From an uncultured bacterium (GTDB taxonomy: Bacteria > Verrucomicrobiota > Verrucomicrobiia > Verrucomicrobiales > DEV007): a DNA stretch of 64,000 bases. Shown piece by piece: positions 52,391 to 62,722 of the stretch. The translations under genes and the position numbers were made by a program. The stretch lies in contig CAXBMO010000001.1 of NCBI GenBank assembly GCA_963977015.1, forward strand, positions 64,001-128,000. Direction: 5' to 3'. A model generated the notes under the pieces. That model did no database searches and was not told the DNA's origin. It saw nothing but the letters and a program-made list of their open reading frames with translations. Each line of letters opens with the position of its first letter. Position 1 is the stretch's first letter.

Positions 52391-54352
52391 TTAATGTGCC
52401 AGGTTTCGAAGCAGCATAAAGTGAGGGCCAGGTCGTTCCCAACTTTGAAGTAGATCTGTCGGGATGGTGCCGGGGCCCATCAGGGCGCGCTGAAAGTTGC
52501 CTAACACGATATCGATGTCTCCATCGGAATCAATGTCGCCAACATCCATGGGAAGCCATCGACCTCGAAGAGCGGCTTCGACCGTGAAGGGATGGAAGTC
52601 CAGGAACTGGCCACCCTCGTTCTGAAGGTAGACGAACGATTCCTGCGGGCGTTCCTGGTAGTCCGGGAAATAGGCCAAACAGGCGATGTCGATATCGCCA
52701 TCCAGATCGAAGTCTCTCGCATGCGCGTTGAAGGCACCGTTGATCGGATAAAAGTAGGCGATCTCGAATTGGTCCTCTCCCTGGTTCAGCCAGACATAGA
52801 CTCCATGATAGGGTTTGAAAATCTGGGAGAAGTCCGCGTTGTCGCCGCAGGTCTGGATGATGTCCAGTTTTCCGTCCTGATTGATGTCGACCATCTCAAA
52901 CGAACTGGATCCATAGACTGGAGGTATTTGGATGAGGGGTTGGGTCTCAAATTCACCCTTGCCGTTGTTTCGGAGCAGGAAGACACCTTCGCGAGCCTGC
53001 GCCATGAGGGTGACGACGTCCTGATCTCCGTCCTGGTCGTAGTCCAGGATCTGGGAACGAAGCGAGCCCGGGCGAGGGATGAGGATTCGTTCGCGAAAAC
53101 TGCCATTGCGTTGACTCTCATACCAAGCCAGTTGCCCGATGGTATCGCCAAACTGGCTGATGACCGGGTCGAGGCGTCCGTCGCCATTGAGGTCGCCGAA
53201 ACGGGTGCTCACAGGGCGTCGCAACTGAGTGAGTGGCATCACCGGGCGGTCATACGCGGGAATTCCCGGTTGCTCATCGACGAAGACCAGGCTTCCCGAT
53301 TGAAAGTCGTTGGGATCCATGTGGCCAGAGAGCGTCACCGACATTTTGGCTTGGCCCTGATTGGTGACGAGCGGCTCGAACCAGGTTGGCGGGCTGCTGA
53401 GCCGTGCTTCCTGGATCAGGCGTAGCTTTTGGTCAAAGACGAGAAAGGTGTTCGGGTCGGTCTCTCCAACGAGGATGTGTCCCCGTTCCGGATGAATTCG
53501 AATCGTGTTGGTGGCTGGGCGCTGGACAAGGAGGTCCGGAAATTCCACATGGAAGCCGGGAAGCCCTGCGTCAATTGGGCGTGGCGGGGGGGCTGGTTCC
53601 AGGGTTTCCGGAGCATTGCGCCCGTAGTAGGCGACGATACTTTGCCAAGTTTGATCGTTGATCGCCGGCGCGGGAAGTTTGGCTGACTTCAGCGGGTCGT
53701 TGATCGACTCCAGAGAAACCGTGCCGGTATCTGCATGGGGAGTGTATCGGCTGCCACCGGGAGCCATTCTTGGCAAAACGCTGGTGAGCCATGTTTCGCG
53801 ATCCAGTAATTCTGGACCGGGGACCAGATGGCAGGTGGCACAGTAGATCTGGGTCGCCTTCTCACCCGCCAGGGCCAGTTGTGGATCAAAATCGTCGGGT
53901 TGGGCTGGCCGGGTAAGATTGACAAAGCCTTCCGGGATCTCCAGATCGGAATTCGGGATGAGCGGCTGTGGAATGAGAGGTGCTTCCATCTCCTCCGGCA
54001 GCGGGGAGAGGGGAGTTCGGAGGCTGGTTTCGGTTCCAGCAACGGGGTTGAACTGTGGGAATCGGGGTTGGAGCTCCTGGCTTGGGGGGGATGGCTGTGA
54101 TCCGAGATCGACAGGCGAAGGGGCTTCGGGGGCGGTCAGATCAATAACGGGTGTCGTGACCCCAGGTTCGGGAAGGGACTTGATCAAGTCCGCCATCGGA
54201 TGCTTGCCGCGAGGTTTGCCTCCACCGCTGATTAGTGCGCAGCTTGGAAGCAACATCGCGAGCAGGAGAAGCATTATGATGGCCGGATTCCCCGATGACT
54301 TTTCCGTGAAATCCGATGAGAGGGCAATCGATTTGCGATTTTGGCGTTTCAC
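52391..54352 (-). CDS. Putative lipoprotein with c-type heme motif and FG-GAP/VCBS repeats
   Basis: Lipobox-like LPSC, Pro-rich linker, CATCH, repeated DxNxDGxxD motifs; start uncertain. Confidence 0.8.
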   Translation of the reverse strand: MKRQNRKSIALSSDFTEKSSGNPAIIMLLLLAMLLPSCALISGGGKPRGKHPMADLIKSLPEPGVTTPVIDLTAPEAPSPVDLGSQPSPPSQELQPRFPQFNPVAGTETSLRTPLSPLPEEMEAPLIPQPLIPNSDLEIPEGFVNLTRPAQPDDFDPQLALAGEKATQIYCATCHLVPGPELLDRETWLTSVLPRMAPGGSRYTPHADTGTVSLESINDPLKSAKLPAPAINDQTWQSIVAYYGRNAPETLEPAPPPRPIDAGLPGFHVEFPDLLVQRPATNTIRIHPERGHILVGETDPNTFLVFDQKLRLIQEARLSSPPTWFEPLVTNQGQAKMSVTLSGHMDPNDFQSGSLVFVDEQPGIPAYDRPVMPLTQLRRPVSTRFGDLNGDGRLDPVISQFGDTIGQLAWYESQRNGSFRERILIPRPGSLRSQILDYDQDGDQDVVTLMAQAREGVFLLRNNGKGEFETQPLIQIPPVYGSSSFEMVDINQDGKLDIIQTCGDNADFSQIFKPYHGVYVWLNQGEDQFEIAYFYPINGAFNAHARDFDLDGDIDIACLAYFPDYQERPQESFVYLQNEGGQFLDFHPFTVEAALRGRWLPMDVGDIDSDGDIDIVLGNFQRALMGPGTIPTDLLQSWERPGPHFMLLRNLAH

Positions 54353-54482
54353 GAACGGTTCAGATGAGTAAGATAAAAAATAGTCGAGTCGGTTGCGCGA
54401 ATCAAAGACCGGGTTGGTTCGTCATTGAAGAGGAGAACTCCAAGTTCTGGTAAATCTAGAAATTTCTAAATTTGTTCAACAC

Positions 54483-56003
54483 ATGAAAGCAATTCTAAAG
54501 AATACGTCGCGATTTGCCAGCGTTTTTCTGATCGCCACCATCTTGTCTGTGCCGGTGACGCTCAGTGCCCGGCCCAATGTGGTCTTGTTCCTCGTTGATG
54601 ATTTGGGATGGCATGATCTTGGATGTTACGGGGAGACCTGGATTGAGACGCCTCGCATCGACGAGTTCGCTCAATCGTCGGTTAGATTTACCAATTTTTA
54701 CGCAAATGGAGCGGTCTGCTCCCCAACTCGTGCGGCGATCCAATCGGGCCAATACCCAACCCGATTTCAGCTGACGGCTCATATTCCGGGACATTATCGA
54801 CCGTTTGAGAAGGTTACCGAACCACCGAACGCGATGTCGATGCCTGAGGAGATTGTGACGCTTGGCGAAACCATGGGCCAATCCGGTTACCACACGGGGT
54901 ATTTTGGGAAGTGGCATCTCGGGAAGGACGCGGAGCATCAACCGGAAAACCAAGGCTACCAAACCGTCGTTCGCACCGGAGGAAGCCACTTTGCGCCTGG
55001 ATTTCGGGCCTGGACTCATGGAGTGGGGGATTCGTTGCCGAGCCTTGATTCAGGGACTGAGCGGGGAACGTATCTGGCCGACTATTTGTCGGATTTGACG
55101 TGCGATTACATCCAGGCTCATCAGGACGAAGAGTTCTTTGTGACCGTCGCGCATTATGGAGTTCATATTCCGCTTCAAGCGAAGCGCGAATTGATCGACA
55201 AATATGAGGCGAAGGCGAAAGCGGATCCCGAAGACCCGACTCATCCGGTTTACGCGGCCATGGTGGAGCATATTGACCAGAGCTTTGGAAAGGTTCTCGA
55301 CAAACTGGATGAGCTGGAGCTTGCGAGCAACACCATCGTCATTTTCACCAGTGACAACGGAGCGTTGAAATCGCGCTACGATGAGCAGGGTCACATCGTC
55401 ACCACCAACCAACCGTTGCGTGACGAGAAAGGATCGCCCTATGAAGGCGGAGTGCGGATTCCGACGTTGGTTCGATGGCCAACAGAGTCCATGCCGGGAA
55501 CCGTTTGCCATGAACCCACCATGAGTATCGACTTCTACCCGACGTTGATTGAGGCTGCGGAGTCGATTGGTCCGGATCAGGTTCTGGATGGACACAGCTT
55601 ATTGCCGCTGTTGCGCCGTCCGGGGAGTCGGCTTTCCCGGGAAACCGTGTTTTGGCATTACCCGCATTATCATCACTCGCGACCAAGCAGCAGTGTTCGG
55701 GCGCGGGACTATAAGCTGATTCATTTTTTTGATGATGGAAGCGTTGAGCTTTACAATTTGGCCGAAGACATCGGCGAATCGCAGAACCTGGCGGACGTTG
55801 AGGCCGAATTGGTTCGGGATCTGTTACAGGAGTTGGTCATCTGGAGGGATGAAACCGGGGCTTTAACGCCCTATTGGAATGAGCGTTATAACCCGAAACG
55901 CGCTCATGAATGGTGGAACAAGATGACCTTGGAACCGCTCGATTTGTCGGCGATTCATCAGAGAATTCGCGAGCTTCCGTTCGATGGACCCAAGGGCCAG
56001 TGA
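54483..56003 (+). CDS. Secreted Cys-type sulfatase (family S1)
   Basis: Signal peptide, PNVVLFLVDDLG, CSPTRAA, GKWHLG, FTSDNG. Confidence 0.95.
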   Translation: MKAILKNTSRFASVFLIATILSVPVTLSARPNVVLFLVDDLGWHDLGCYGETWIETPRIDEFAQSSVRFTNFYANGAVCSPTRAAIQSGQYPTRFQLTAHIPGHYRPFEKVTEPPNAMSMPEEIVTLGETMGQSGYHTGYFGKWHLGKDAEHQPENQGYQTVVRTGGSHFAPGFRAWTHGVGDSLPSLDSGTERGTYLADYLSDLTCDYIQAHQDEEFFVTVAHYGVHIPLQAKRELIDKYEAKAKADPEDPTHPVYAAMVEHIDQSFGKVLDKLDELELASNTIVIFTSDNGALKSRYDEQGHIVTTNQPLRDEKGSPYEGGVRIPTLVRWPTESMPGTVCHEPTMSIDFYPTLIEAAESIGPDQVLDGHSLLPLLRRPGSRLSRETVFWHYPHYHHSRPSSSVRARDYKLIHFFDDGSVELYNLAEDIGESQNLADVEAELVRDLLQELVIWRDETGALTPYWNERYNPKRAHEWWNKMTLEPLDLSAIHQRIRELPFDGPKGQ

Positions 56004-56049
56004 GCAAGTTTCTTGTTTGGGTTTTGTAAATAAAATAAACATTTATTAA

Positions 56050-56076
56050 AAATCACAATTTTCATAATTGTGATTT
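56050..56076. promoter_or_regulatory. Perfect 11-bp inverted repeat in AT-rich intergenic region
   Basis: AAATCACAATT-TTCAT-AATTGTGATTT. Confidence 0.6.
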
Positions 56077-56143
56077 CAGCGTGTCGGCTTAACTTTGTTT
56101 CCTGATATTAAATATCTGGATCTCAAAATTAAGTGAACCTCTG

Positions 56144-59100
56144 ATGCGTTTCTTTGCGATTTTCGCTACTGTCCTGCTTTCTCTGACGTGCCTTGGCGGC
56201 ACGTCTTTTGCTGAGGGCGGGTATTCCCATAAGCGAATCGTTTTCACGAACATCACCGAGGGGCAGGGGCTGACTGCGGGGCGGATCCGGAGCATTGTCG
56301 AGGATCGCCGGGGGTTCATCTGGTTGGCGAGCGAAAGTGGGCTTGCCCGATACGATGGGTTTGAGGTTCAGCCATATTTGGGCAGTAGCGGGCTTCAATG
56401 GTCCAATGATCTCCAGGTTTTGGCGGAAGATGTCGCCGGCTGGTTTTGGATCGGCACGCGGAAAAATGGCTTGATCCGTTTTCATCCTGATTCGGGCCGG
56501 ATGGCGCAATTTCGAAGCCAACCCGGGAATTCTGCGACACTGAGTCACAATTCAGTGACCTGCATTCAGCAGGATGGGGATCGCTTCATTTGGGTTGGAA
56601 CCGAATCCGGGCTTAACCGGCTCGACCGCAAAACGGCAGCCTTTGAGCGAATGCTTCTCGGCCCAAACCAGGGCAGGGAATTCGTGACCGACATTGCGTT
56701 TACTGATGGCCCAAAAGGCCGGAACATTTGGGTAGGAACGAAAGGGAGCGGCCTTTATCGCCAGCAAGTCGAAAATACGTGGGAGCAAATTTGGAATCCA
56801 ACCGTCGAATGCACCTCAATTGCTGTCGGACGAGATGAGTCTGGAGCCTTTATCTGGATGGGGACCATCGGCGGAGGAATCTATCGAATTAGTGGAGCGG
56901 GCAAGGTGGTGGATCAGATTAACCCTGGAGACGATCCCGCTTTCGGATTGAATGGGAGCGATATTCTATCCCTGAAGGTCGATAGCAAGGGTGATCTTTG
57001 GGCGGGAACGCCATCCGGTCTGTGCCGATTCGACCACAAACATCGGGAATGGACCTTCTACAATCATAAACACCATGACAGCAGCAGCGTCGTGCGTGGT
57101 GCAGTGGAGACGATTTTCGAGGACCGGGGAAACGTCCTCTGGGTTGGAACCAGCACGGGGGAAATCAGTCAGCATAATTTGGACCGACTTTGGTTCCCGC
57201 ATTATATCGCTGATCCCGCAGATAAAGAATCACTCAGTCACAATTCCGTTTGGGGAATCAGTGAAGGGGCCGACGGTAAGGTCTGGGTGGGAACAGAAGA
57301 GGGCTTGAATCTTTTTGACCCGAAGACGGAAACGTTTTCAAGGGAGTTGAAGGACTCCAGCGGTTCGAAGATTCTCCCCGAAGATTACATTTACTGCGTA
57401 TTGGTCGATGGAAAGGGCAGAATCTGGTTGGGCACCCGGGGGGGCGGACTTTTGCGGAAGGATCCCGGTCAGCATGATTTTCGCGCCTATCGACGAAACA
57501 TTCGTAAGCCGGGTTCGTTGCCTGGCGATTCAGTGTCCACGTTGTTTGAAGACCATGCCGGTCAAATTTGGGTAGGTGTGCTGGGAAGCGGATTGCTGCG
57601 ATTCTCCGAGGAGAGTGAAAGCTTTGAGGCGGTCAAAAACGGTGATGAATTGCGGTTCGTCAATCAGCTGCATCAGGATGACGACGGGCGCATCTGGGCG
57701 GCTTCGGTCGGACGCGGCCTTTGGTATTATGATCGGGAAACCGATGAGATGCGAAGCTACTTTGAACTGCCGGGGATATCTGCTGAAATTCCGTTTGAGA
57801 ACATTTACGCGATTGCGACGGATCAGGACGGTTCAGTATGGTTGGGGGCAGTGGATGGTGGGCTCTGTCGGTTTAATCCCAAAGAGGATGAGGTTCGCGT
57901 CTTCAGTCGACGGACGGCACAACAGGATGCCTGGAATGTGTTTGGCTTGGTTTTCGACGATCGCGGAAAGTTGTGGATCTCAAGTGGGTCCGGATTGTCC
58001 ACCTATGATGCGGAGGAAGATAAGTTTCGTCATTTCACGATTCAAGATGGTCTGCAGGGATTGGGGTTTCATCCAAAAGCAATTCTCAAGGCGTCCGATG
58101 GTTCCCTCTATTTTGGCGGCGTGAACGGATTCAATCGGATTTTTCCCTCCCGGTTGCCTGCTCCGCAGGATCCGCCGCTACCGCTGCTGATTGGCTTGGA
58201 ATTGAATGGTGAGCGTGTCGAAGTCAGCGAAAACGGGCCGCTCCGAAAACCGTTGGCAGCGATGTTTGATGAGCCGCTTCGCCTTGGGTTTGATCGCGAG
58301 CGGCATTTGGCGTTTCGCTTTGGAACACTCGATTATTCGGCGGCGAGTTCGAGCCAGTTTGAATATCGCTTGGAAAATTTTGACAGTGCCTGGCAGCCGG
58401 CCGGCGACATGCGGAAGGCTCGCTATCCCAAACTTCAGCCCGGCGAATATCAATTTCGCGTCCGCGTTTCGCCAGATGGTCAGAGCTGGCAGGAGATGCG
58501 GCAGGCGCTTCGGGTGATCATTTCTCCGCCGTGGTATCAGACAGTTTGGGCGATTGTTCTTTTTGTTGTGGCCGGTATGATGGCGATTGGAGGAGGTGGG
58601 GCGGTTCTCTATCGGATTCGTTCAGCTCAAGAGGTTGCTCAGCGCGAGATGCTGGCCAATGAGCGCAACCGAGCCGAAGCGGCGCTCTCGCGACAGCTTC
58701 AGCAGTCGATGTTGCTGGAGCGAACCAGTGCGGAATTCCGGCGGAGCTTGGATGGAACGCAAGTTTTTGAGAGCGCCCTGCGCGCATTGGGCGAAGACTT
58801 CAACGTTAGCCGTTGTCTTGTTGCCACATTCTCGACGGAGGATCCTTCGAAGCTCGAAGTTCTGGCCGAATATCTCGCTCCTGAAACGCCAAGCCTGCGT
58901 CACCTCGAAGTTGTTGCGAGTCATCCCCTGGCGTTCCAGGTTCTGAACTCTGGTCATGCCGTTGCGATTGAGTCGGCTGATCCCAAGGGCAATATTGCCG
59001 ACTCCTCCCGCCAGGTCATTGGGTTTGATGCTCGCTCGACGTTGGCCGTTCGCACAGCCCATTTGGAAAGTGCGAACGGGATGATTATTCTTCAACAGTG

Positions 59101-60442
59101 TGATGCGATGCGATACTGGGAGGAAGATGAGAGCAAGTTGCTTCTGTCGGTGGCAGGACAGGTTGGTATCGCGATTGCCCAGTTTAAACTAAGCCAAAAA
59201 GAGGCTCGTCAGGCGAGGGAATTGTCTGATGCCCGGCGCGCTGCCGATGAAGCAAACCAGGCAAAAAGTGACTTCCTTGCAAAAATGACCCACGAGCTGA
59301 GGACGCCGTTGAATGCGATCATTGGCTTCTCGGAAGTGATGACCAGCGAAGAGGATTTGAATGCGCGCCAACGGGAGAACCTGGAGATCATCAACAGCAG
59401 TGGTGAGCACCTCCTGGGCGTAATCAATGATGTGCTGGAGGTCTCCAAAATTGAGGCGGGTAAAGCGGAATTGCTGTTGGAGAGGGTCGATCTGGAGGTC
59501 CTGCTGAAATCGGTTCACGGAATGTTGTCCGTGAACGCGAAGGCCAAGTCAATTGGCCTTCAATTGGAAGCGACCTCGACCCTGCCGAAATGGATTGAGG
59601 GAGATAAGGGCAAGCTGCGGCAGATCCTGATCAACCTTCTGAGTAATGCCGTTAAATTTACCAGTGAAGGTTCCGTGGTTCTGCGAGTTGGAGCGCACTA
59701 TCCATCGACCGAACCTCAGGAATCAAACCGGTATCCGTTTATCCTTTCGGTGGAAGTCATTGATTCTGGAGAAGGGATTTCAGAAGAGGAACTTCCCAAT
59801 CTTTTTCAGAAGTTTGTTCAGACCAAGAGCGGGAAGTCATCCAGCCAGGGAACCGGGTTGGGGCTTGCGATCGTCAAGGGGTTTACGGAGCTGATGGGCG
59901 GTGCCGTCCGGGTGGCGAGCAAGGTGGGTCAGGGGACGAATTTTGCACTTCAAATTCCCATGATCCAAGTGGCCGATCTTGGAGAAGGTGAAGAAGCCAA
60001 CGAAAAAGGCGAAGTGATCAGTTTGGCGCCAGGTCATCCGGAGGTTCGTGTTCTGGTTGCCGAAGACCAGCCGTTGAACCGGCTCTTGATGCGGAAGTTT
60101 CTGCTGTCTGCCGGCTTCACTCTTGCCGAAGCTGAGGACGGCAAGATTGCGGTCGAGAAATGGCGAGAGTGGCGCCCGCACGTCATCTTCATGGACGAAG
60201 AGATGCCGAACATGCGCGGAACCGAAGCGACGCGGGCAATCGCAGCAGAGGCGGGAAGTGAGATGCCGGTGATCGTTTCGTTGACGGCGTTCGCGCTCGA
60301 AGATCAACGCATCGCTGCCATGGAAGCTGGCTGTGTCGATTTCGTGGCGAAACCGTTCAAGCGTCACGAATTGTTCGAGGTGATCGCCAAGCATCTCCCG
60401 GTTCGCTACCTTTACAGCAACGAGCAATCTGTCGCGGCTTAG
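56144..60442 (+). CDS. Hybrid sensor histidine kinase (beta-propeller/Y_Y_Y sensor, TM, GAF, HisKA, HATPase, REC)
   Basis: Repeated D..G.(I/L)W.GT propeller motifs, PGEYQFRV, PPWY-TM, GAF, FLAKMTHELRTPLN, NLLSNAVKFT, GTGLGL, receiver MD...P / KP. Confidence 0.93.
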   Translation: MRFFAIFATVLLSLTCLGGTSFAEGGYSHKRIVFTNITEGQGLTAGRIRSIVEDRRGFIWLASESGLARYDGFEVQPYLGSSGLQWSNDLQVLAEDVAGWFWIGTRKNGLIRFHPDSGRMAQFRSQPGNSATLSHNSVTCIQQDGDRFIWVGTESGLNRLDRKTAAFERMLLGPNQGREFVTDIAFTDGPKGRNIWVGTKGSGLYRQQVENTWEQIWNPTVECTSIAVGRDESGAFIWMGTIGGGIYRISGAGKVVDQINPGDDPAFGLNGSDILSLKVDSKGDLWAGTPSGLCRFDHKHREWTFYNHKHHDSSSVVRGAVETIFEDRGNVLWVGTSTGEISQHNLDRLWFPHYIADPADKESLSHNSVWGISEGADGKVWVGTEEGLNLFDPKTETFSRELKDSSGSKILPEDYIYCVLVDGKGRIWLGTRGGGLLRKDPGQHDFRAYRRNIRKPGSLPGDSVSTLFEDHAGQIWVGVLGSGLLRFSEESESFEAVKNGDELRFVNQLHQDDDGRIWAASVGRGLWYYDRETDEMRSYFELPGISAEIPFENIYAIATDQDGSVWLGAVDGGLCRFNPKEDEVRVFSRRTAQQDAWNVFGLVFDDRGKLWISSGSGLSTYDAEEDKFRHFTIQDGLQGLGFHPKAILKASDGSLYFGGVNGFNRIFPSRLPAPQDPPLPLLIGLELNGERVEVSENGPLRKPLAAMFDEPLRLGFDRERHLAFRFGTLDYSAASSSQFEYRLENFDSAWQPAGDMRKARYPKLQPGEYQFRVRVSPDGQSWQEMRQALRVIISPPWYQTVWAIVLFVVAGMMAIGGGGAVLYRIRSAQEVAQREMLANERNRAEAALSRQLQQSMLLERTSAEFRRSLDGTQVFESALRALGEDFNVSRCLVATFSTEDPSKLEVLAEYLAPETPSLRHLEVVASHPLAFQVLNSGHAVAIESADPKGNIADSSRQVIGFDARSTLAVRTAHLESANGMIILQQCDAMRYWEEDESKLLLSVAGQVGIAIAQFKLSQKEARQARELSDARRAADEANQAKSDFLAKMTHELRTPLNAIIGFSEVMTSEEDLNARQRENLEIINSSGEHLLGVINDVLEVSKIEAGKAELLLERVDLEVLLKSVHGMLSVNAKAKSIGLQLEATSTLPKWIEGDKGKLRQILINLLSNAVKFTSEGSVVLRVGAHYPSTEPQESNRYPFILSVEVIDSGEGISEEELPNLFQKFVQTKSGKSSSQGTGLGLAIVKGFTELMGGAVRVASKVGQGTNFALQIPMIQVADLGEGEEANEKGEVISLAPGHPEVRVLVAEDQPLNRLLMRKFLLSAGFTLAEAEDGKIAVEKWREWRPHVIFMDEEMPNMRGTEATRAIAAEAGSEMPVIVSLTAFALEDQRIAAMEAGCVDFVAKPFKRHELFEVIAKHLPVRYLYSNEQSVAA

Positions 60443-60455
60443 AACATTGGGAAAT

Positions 60456-61355
60456 TTAGCGCAGCAGTCCCGTTCGGCTGACGCTGAGAGTCTTGAACTC
60501 GATCGTTTGCTTGACGGGAAGATCGATGCGTTGTGATGGATTCTGGGGATTCGGCGCTTCCATCGTCATGGTGATGTTGGCGGTGCCGTTTCTTGGGAAA
60601 CGCTGCTTTTTGTTGATGGCGACGCTTCCGGTCATCTTGCCGTCCTCAATCTTGAGCGACATCTTCGAGTCCTTTTCATCACCTCCACCCGTCAGTTGCA
60701 TGGCAAGGTTGGCGGAATATTCGATGATGGCGTGCGGATCATCAGCAACTTCGTCACCGGTGTATTTCAGTTCGTAATCCACGTTGAGATTCGTGCCGGG
60801 CCCAAACTGACCGTCCACCTTGTTGCTCCACGTTTCTCCGATGTTGACGCCGGCGACCGGGATCCCGAGATTGAGTTGGGGAATCACCATTTGCGAGAGT
60901 TGCTTGGGGCCAAACTGTTGAGCGAGCGGATTGTTCCCCAAGTCCTTCAGTCCTTCAACCTCCACGACCTCGTCAGCTTCATTGAGATAGATTTTGAATT
61001 CCTGATCCAGAATCGTCGAGAAAGTCTGACCCAGCAGCGTCTTCTCACTGCCCGCCTCTTCGGAATTGTAATTCATCGACAACGCTCCCAGCTTCATGTC
61101 CGCTTTGAGTCGAGTGACCATTGTATTCAGGACGCGCTGCCCTTCCCGGCCTTTGGCGCGGTCGCAGCGCACCACAATATCCAGGCTCAAATCGATGGCC
61201 TGATTGCCAACGCCTCCGGCGATTTCTGTACGCTGCGTGTTTTGTAACACGTACTCCTTGCCGGCCTGATAGGTGGGAGGGAGGAGGGGATCATTGGCGA
61301 GGCTGAGAATCGGAATGAGGAAGAATCCGAACAAGGCGAGAGCAAAGGGCTTCAT
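60456..61355 (-). CDS. Secreted hypothetical protein (DUF6263-like)
   Basis: Signal peptide MKPFALALFG..., beta-rich body with P...V.IGETW motif. Confidence 0.65.
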   Translation of the reverse strand: MKPFALALFGFFLIPILSLANDPLLPPTYQAGKEYVLQNTQRTEIAGGVGNQAIDLSLDIVVRCDRAKGREGQRVLNTMVTRLKADMKLGALSMNYNSEEAGSEKTLLGQTFSTILDQEFKIYLNEADEVVEVEGLKDLGNNPLAQQFGPKQLSQMVIPQLNLGIPVAGVNIGETWSNKVDGQFGPGTNLNVDYELKYTGDEVADDPHAIIEYSANLAMQLTGGGDEKDSKMSLKIEDGKMTGSVAINKKQRFPRNGTANITMTMEAPNPQNPSQRIDLPVKQTIEFKTLSVSRTGLLR

Positions 61356-61514
61356 GGGCGGGAACATACTCTTCAGACGGTGATGGCGAGTCTTTCCCCC
61401 AAGAAATTCAATTGTGAACTTGGTGGTAAGAAATTTACCACCAAGGGGAACGAGAATGATCATGTGAGGCTGGAAAACGGAACGTTTCGACGCGGTTCAT
61501 CCCTTTTGATGAAG

Positions 61515-61925
<411 letters not shown>

Positions 61926-61950
61926 GCCAGTCTGATTCGTAAAGTCTTGC

Positions 61951-61983
61951 AAACGCGAGTGGGGAAACCTGCTCGCGTTTTTT
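61951..61983 (+). terminator. Terminator after PII gene (possibly bidirectional)
   Basis: AAACGCGAG/CTCGCGTTT stem followed by a T run. Confidence 0.75.
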
Positions 61984-62587
61984 AGGCTCCGCTCCAAATG
62001 CCTTTGGCGTCTGAGACTGCAGCCGCTACGGTTGGGTGGTGGAGGCGCGTTTCGTCATTCGTTGTAAAGATGCGGTCGACGTAGAGTTGGAGCAGGGATG
62101 CACTCTCGAGAATCGGGCCAAGATCAGGTTCTCGATCCGATTCGCCAACCTGAAGTCCGATTCCCACCGAAGAAAGCGGCCATTCCCAAGCGAGGCGTTG
62201 AAGCGGGAGGATCATGGGGTCAGCTGAGGCGATATTGTGGGCGCGGCGAAGCAATTCCGGCAGCCAATGCATCGTCAGATCGACGCTGTAGGTTTGAGAC
62301 GGACCCTTGGGCGAGGGGCATGGTGGCTTCAAATCCGCGTCGATCTGCTCTGCCGGAATTTCGCGGTAGACGAGAAACTGGCAAATTCGGGCGACCTGTT
62401 TTGCAGCCCAAATCGCCGAATCGAGATCGAGCTCCGGAGCGGCATGCGCCATTTCCAGTTTTCGGCGTTCGTCCATCCGCTTCAGTTCGTGTTCCGTCGA
62501 AGTTCGCACAAATCCGATCGGATCGGTCGACTCAAACGGCAACTCGCCGGTGCTTTGAAGTCGAACGAGAAACTCGGCTAAGTCCAT
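61982..62587 (-). CDS. Hypothetical protein resembling the bpX4 domain of MoxR-vWA-beta-propeller systems
   Basis: A.WAA......CQFLV.R, YSVDL....LP, D.....L..LAWEWPLSSVG, LYVDRI recognised from memory of the family. Confidence 0.55.
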   Translation of the reverse strand: MDLAEFLVRLQSTGELPFESTDPIGFVRTSTEHELKRMDERRKLEMAHAAPELDLDSAIWAAKQVARICQFLVYREIPAEQIDADLKPPCPSPKGPSQTYSVDLTMHWLPELLRRAHNIASADPMILPLQRLAWEWPLSSVGIGLQVGESDREPDLGPILESASLLQLYVDRIFTTNDETRLHHPTVAAAVSDAKGIWSGA

Positions 62588-62722
62588 TCCCTGACCTAAG
62601 AAATCATTCATCGCCACGTCAAGAAAGGATGAGGAAGTCCATCCGTTCCGCCATTGAAGCCTCCATCGATTATCTTTAGGTGAAAGATTAACACCCTGAT
62701 GGAAGGTTATTGAGAATACAGA

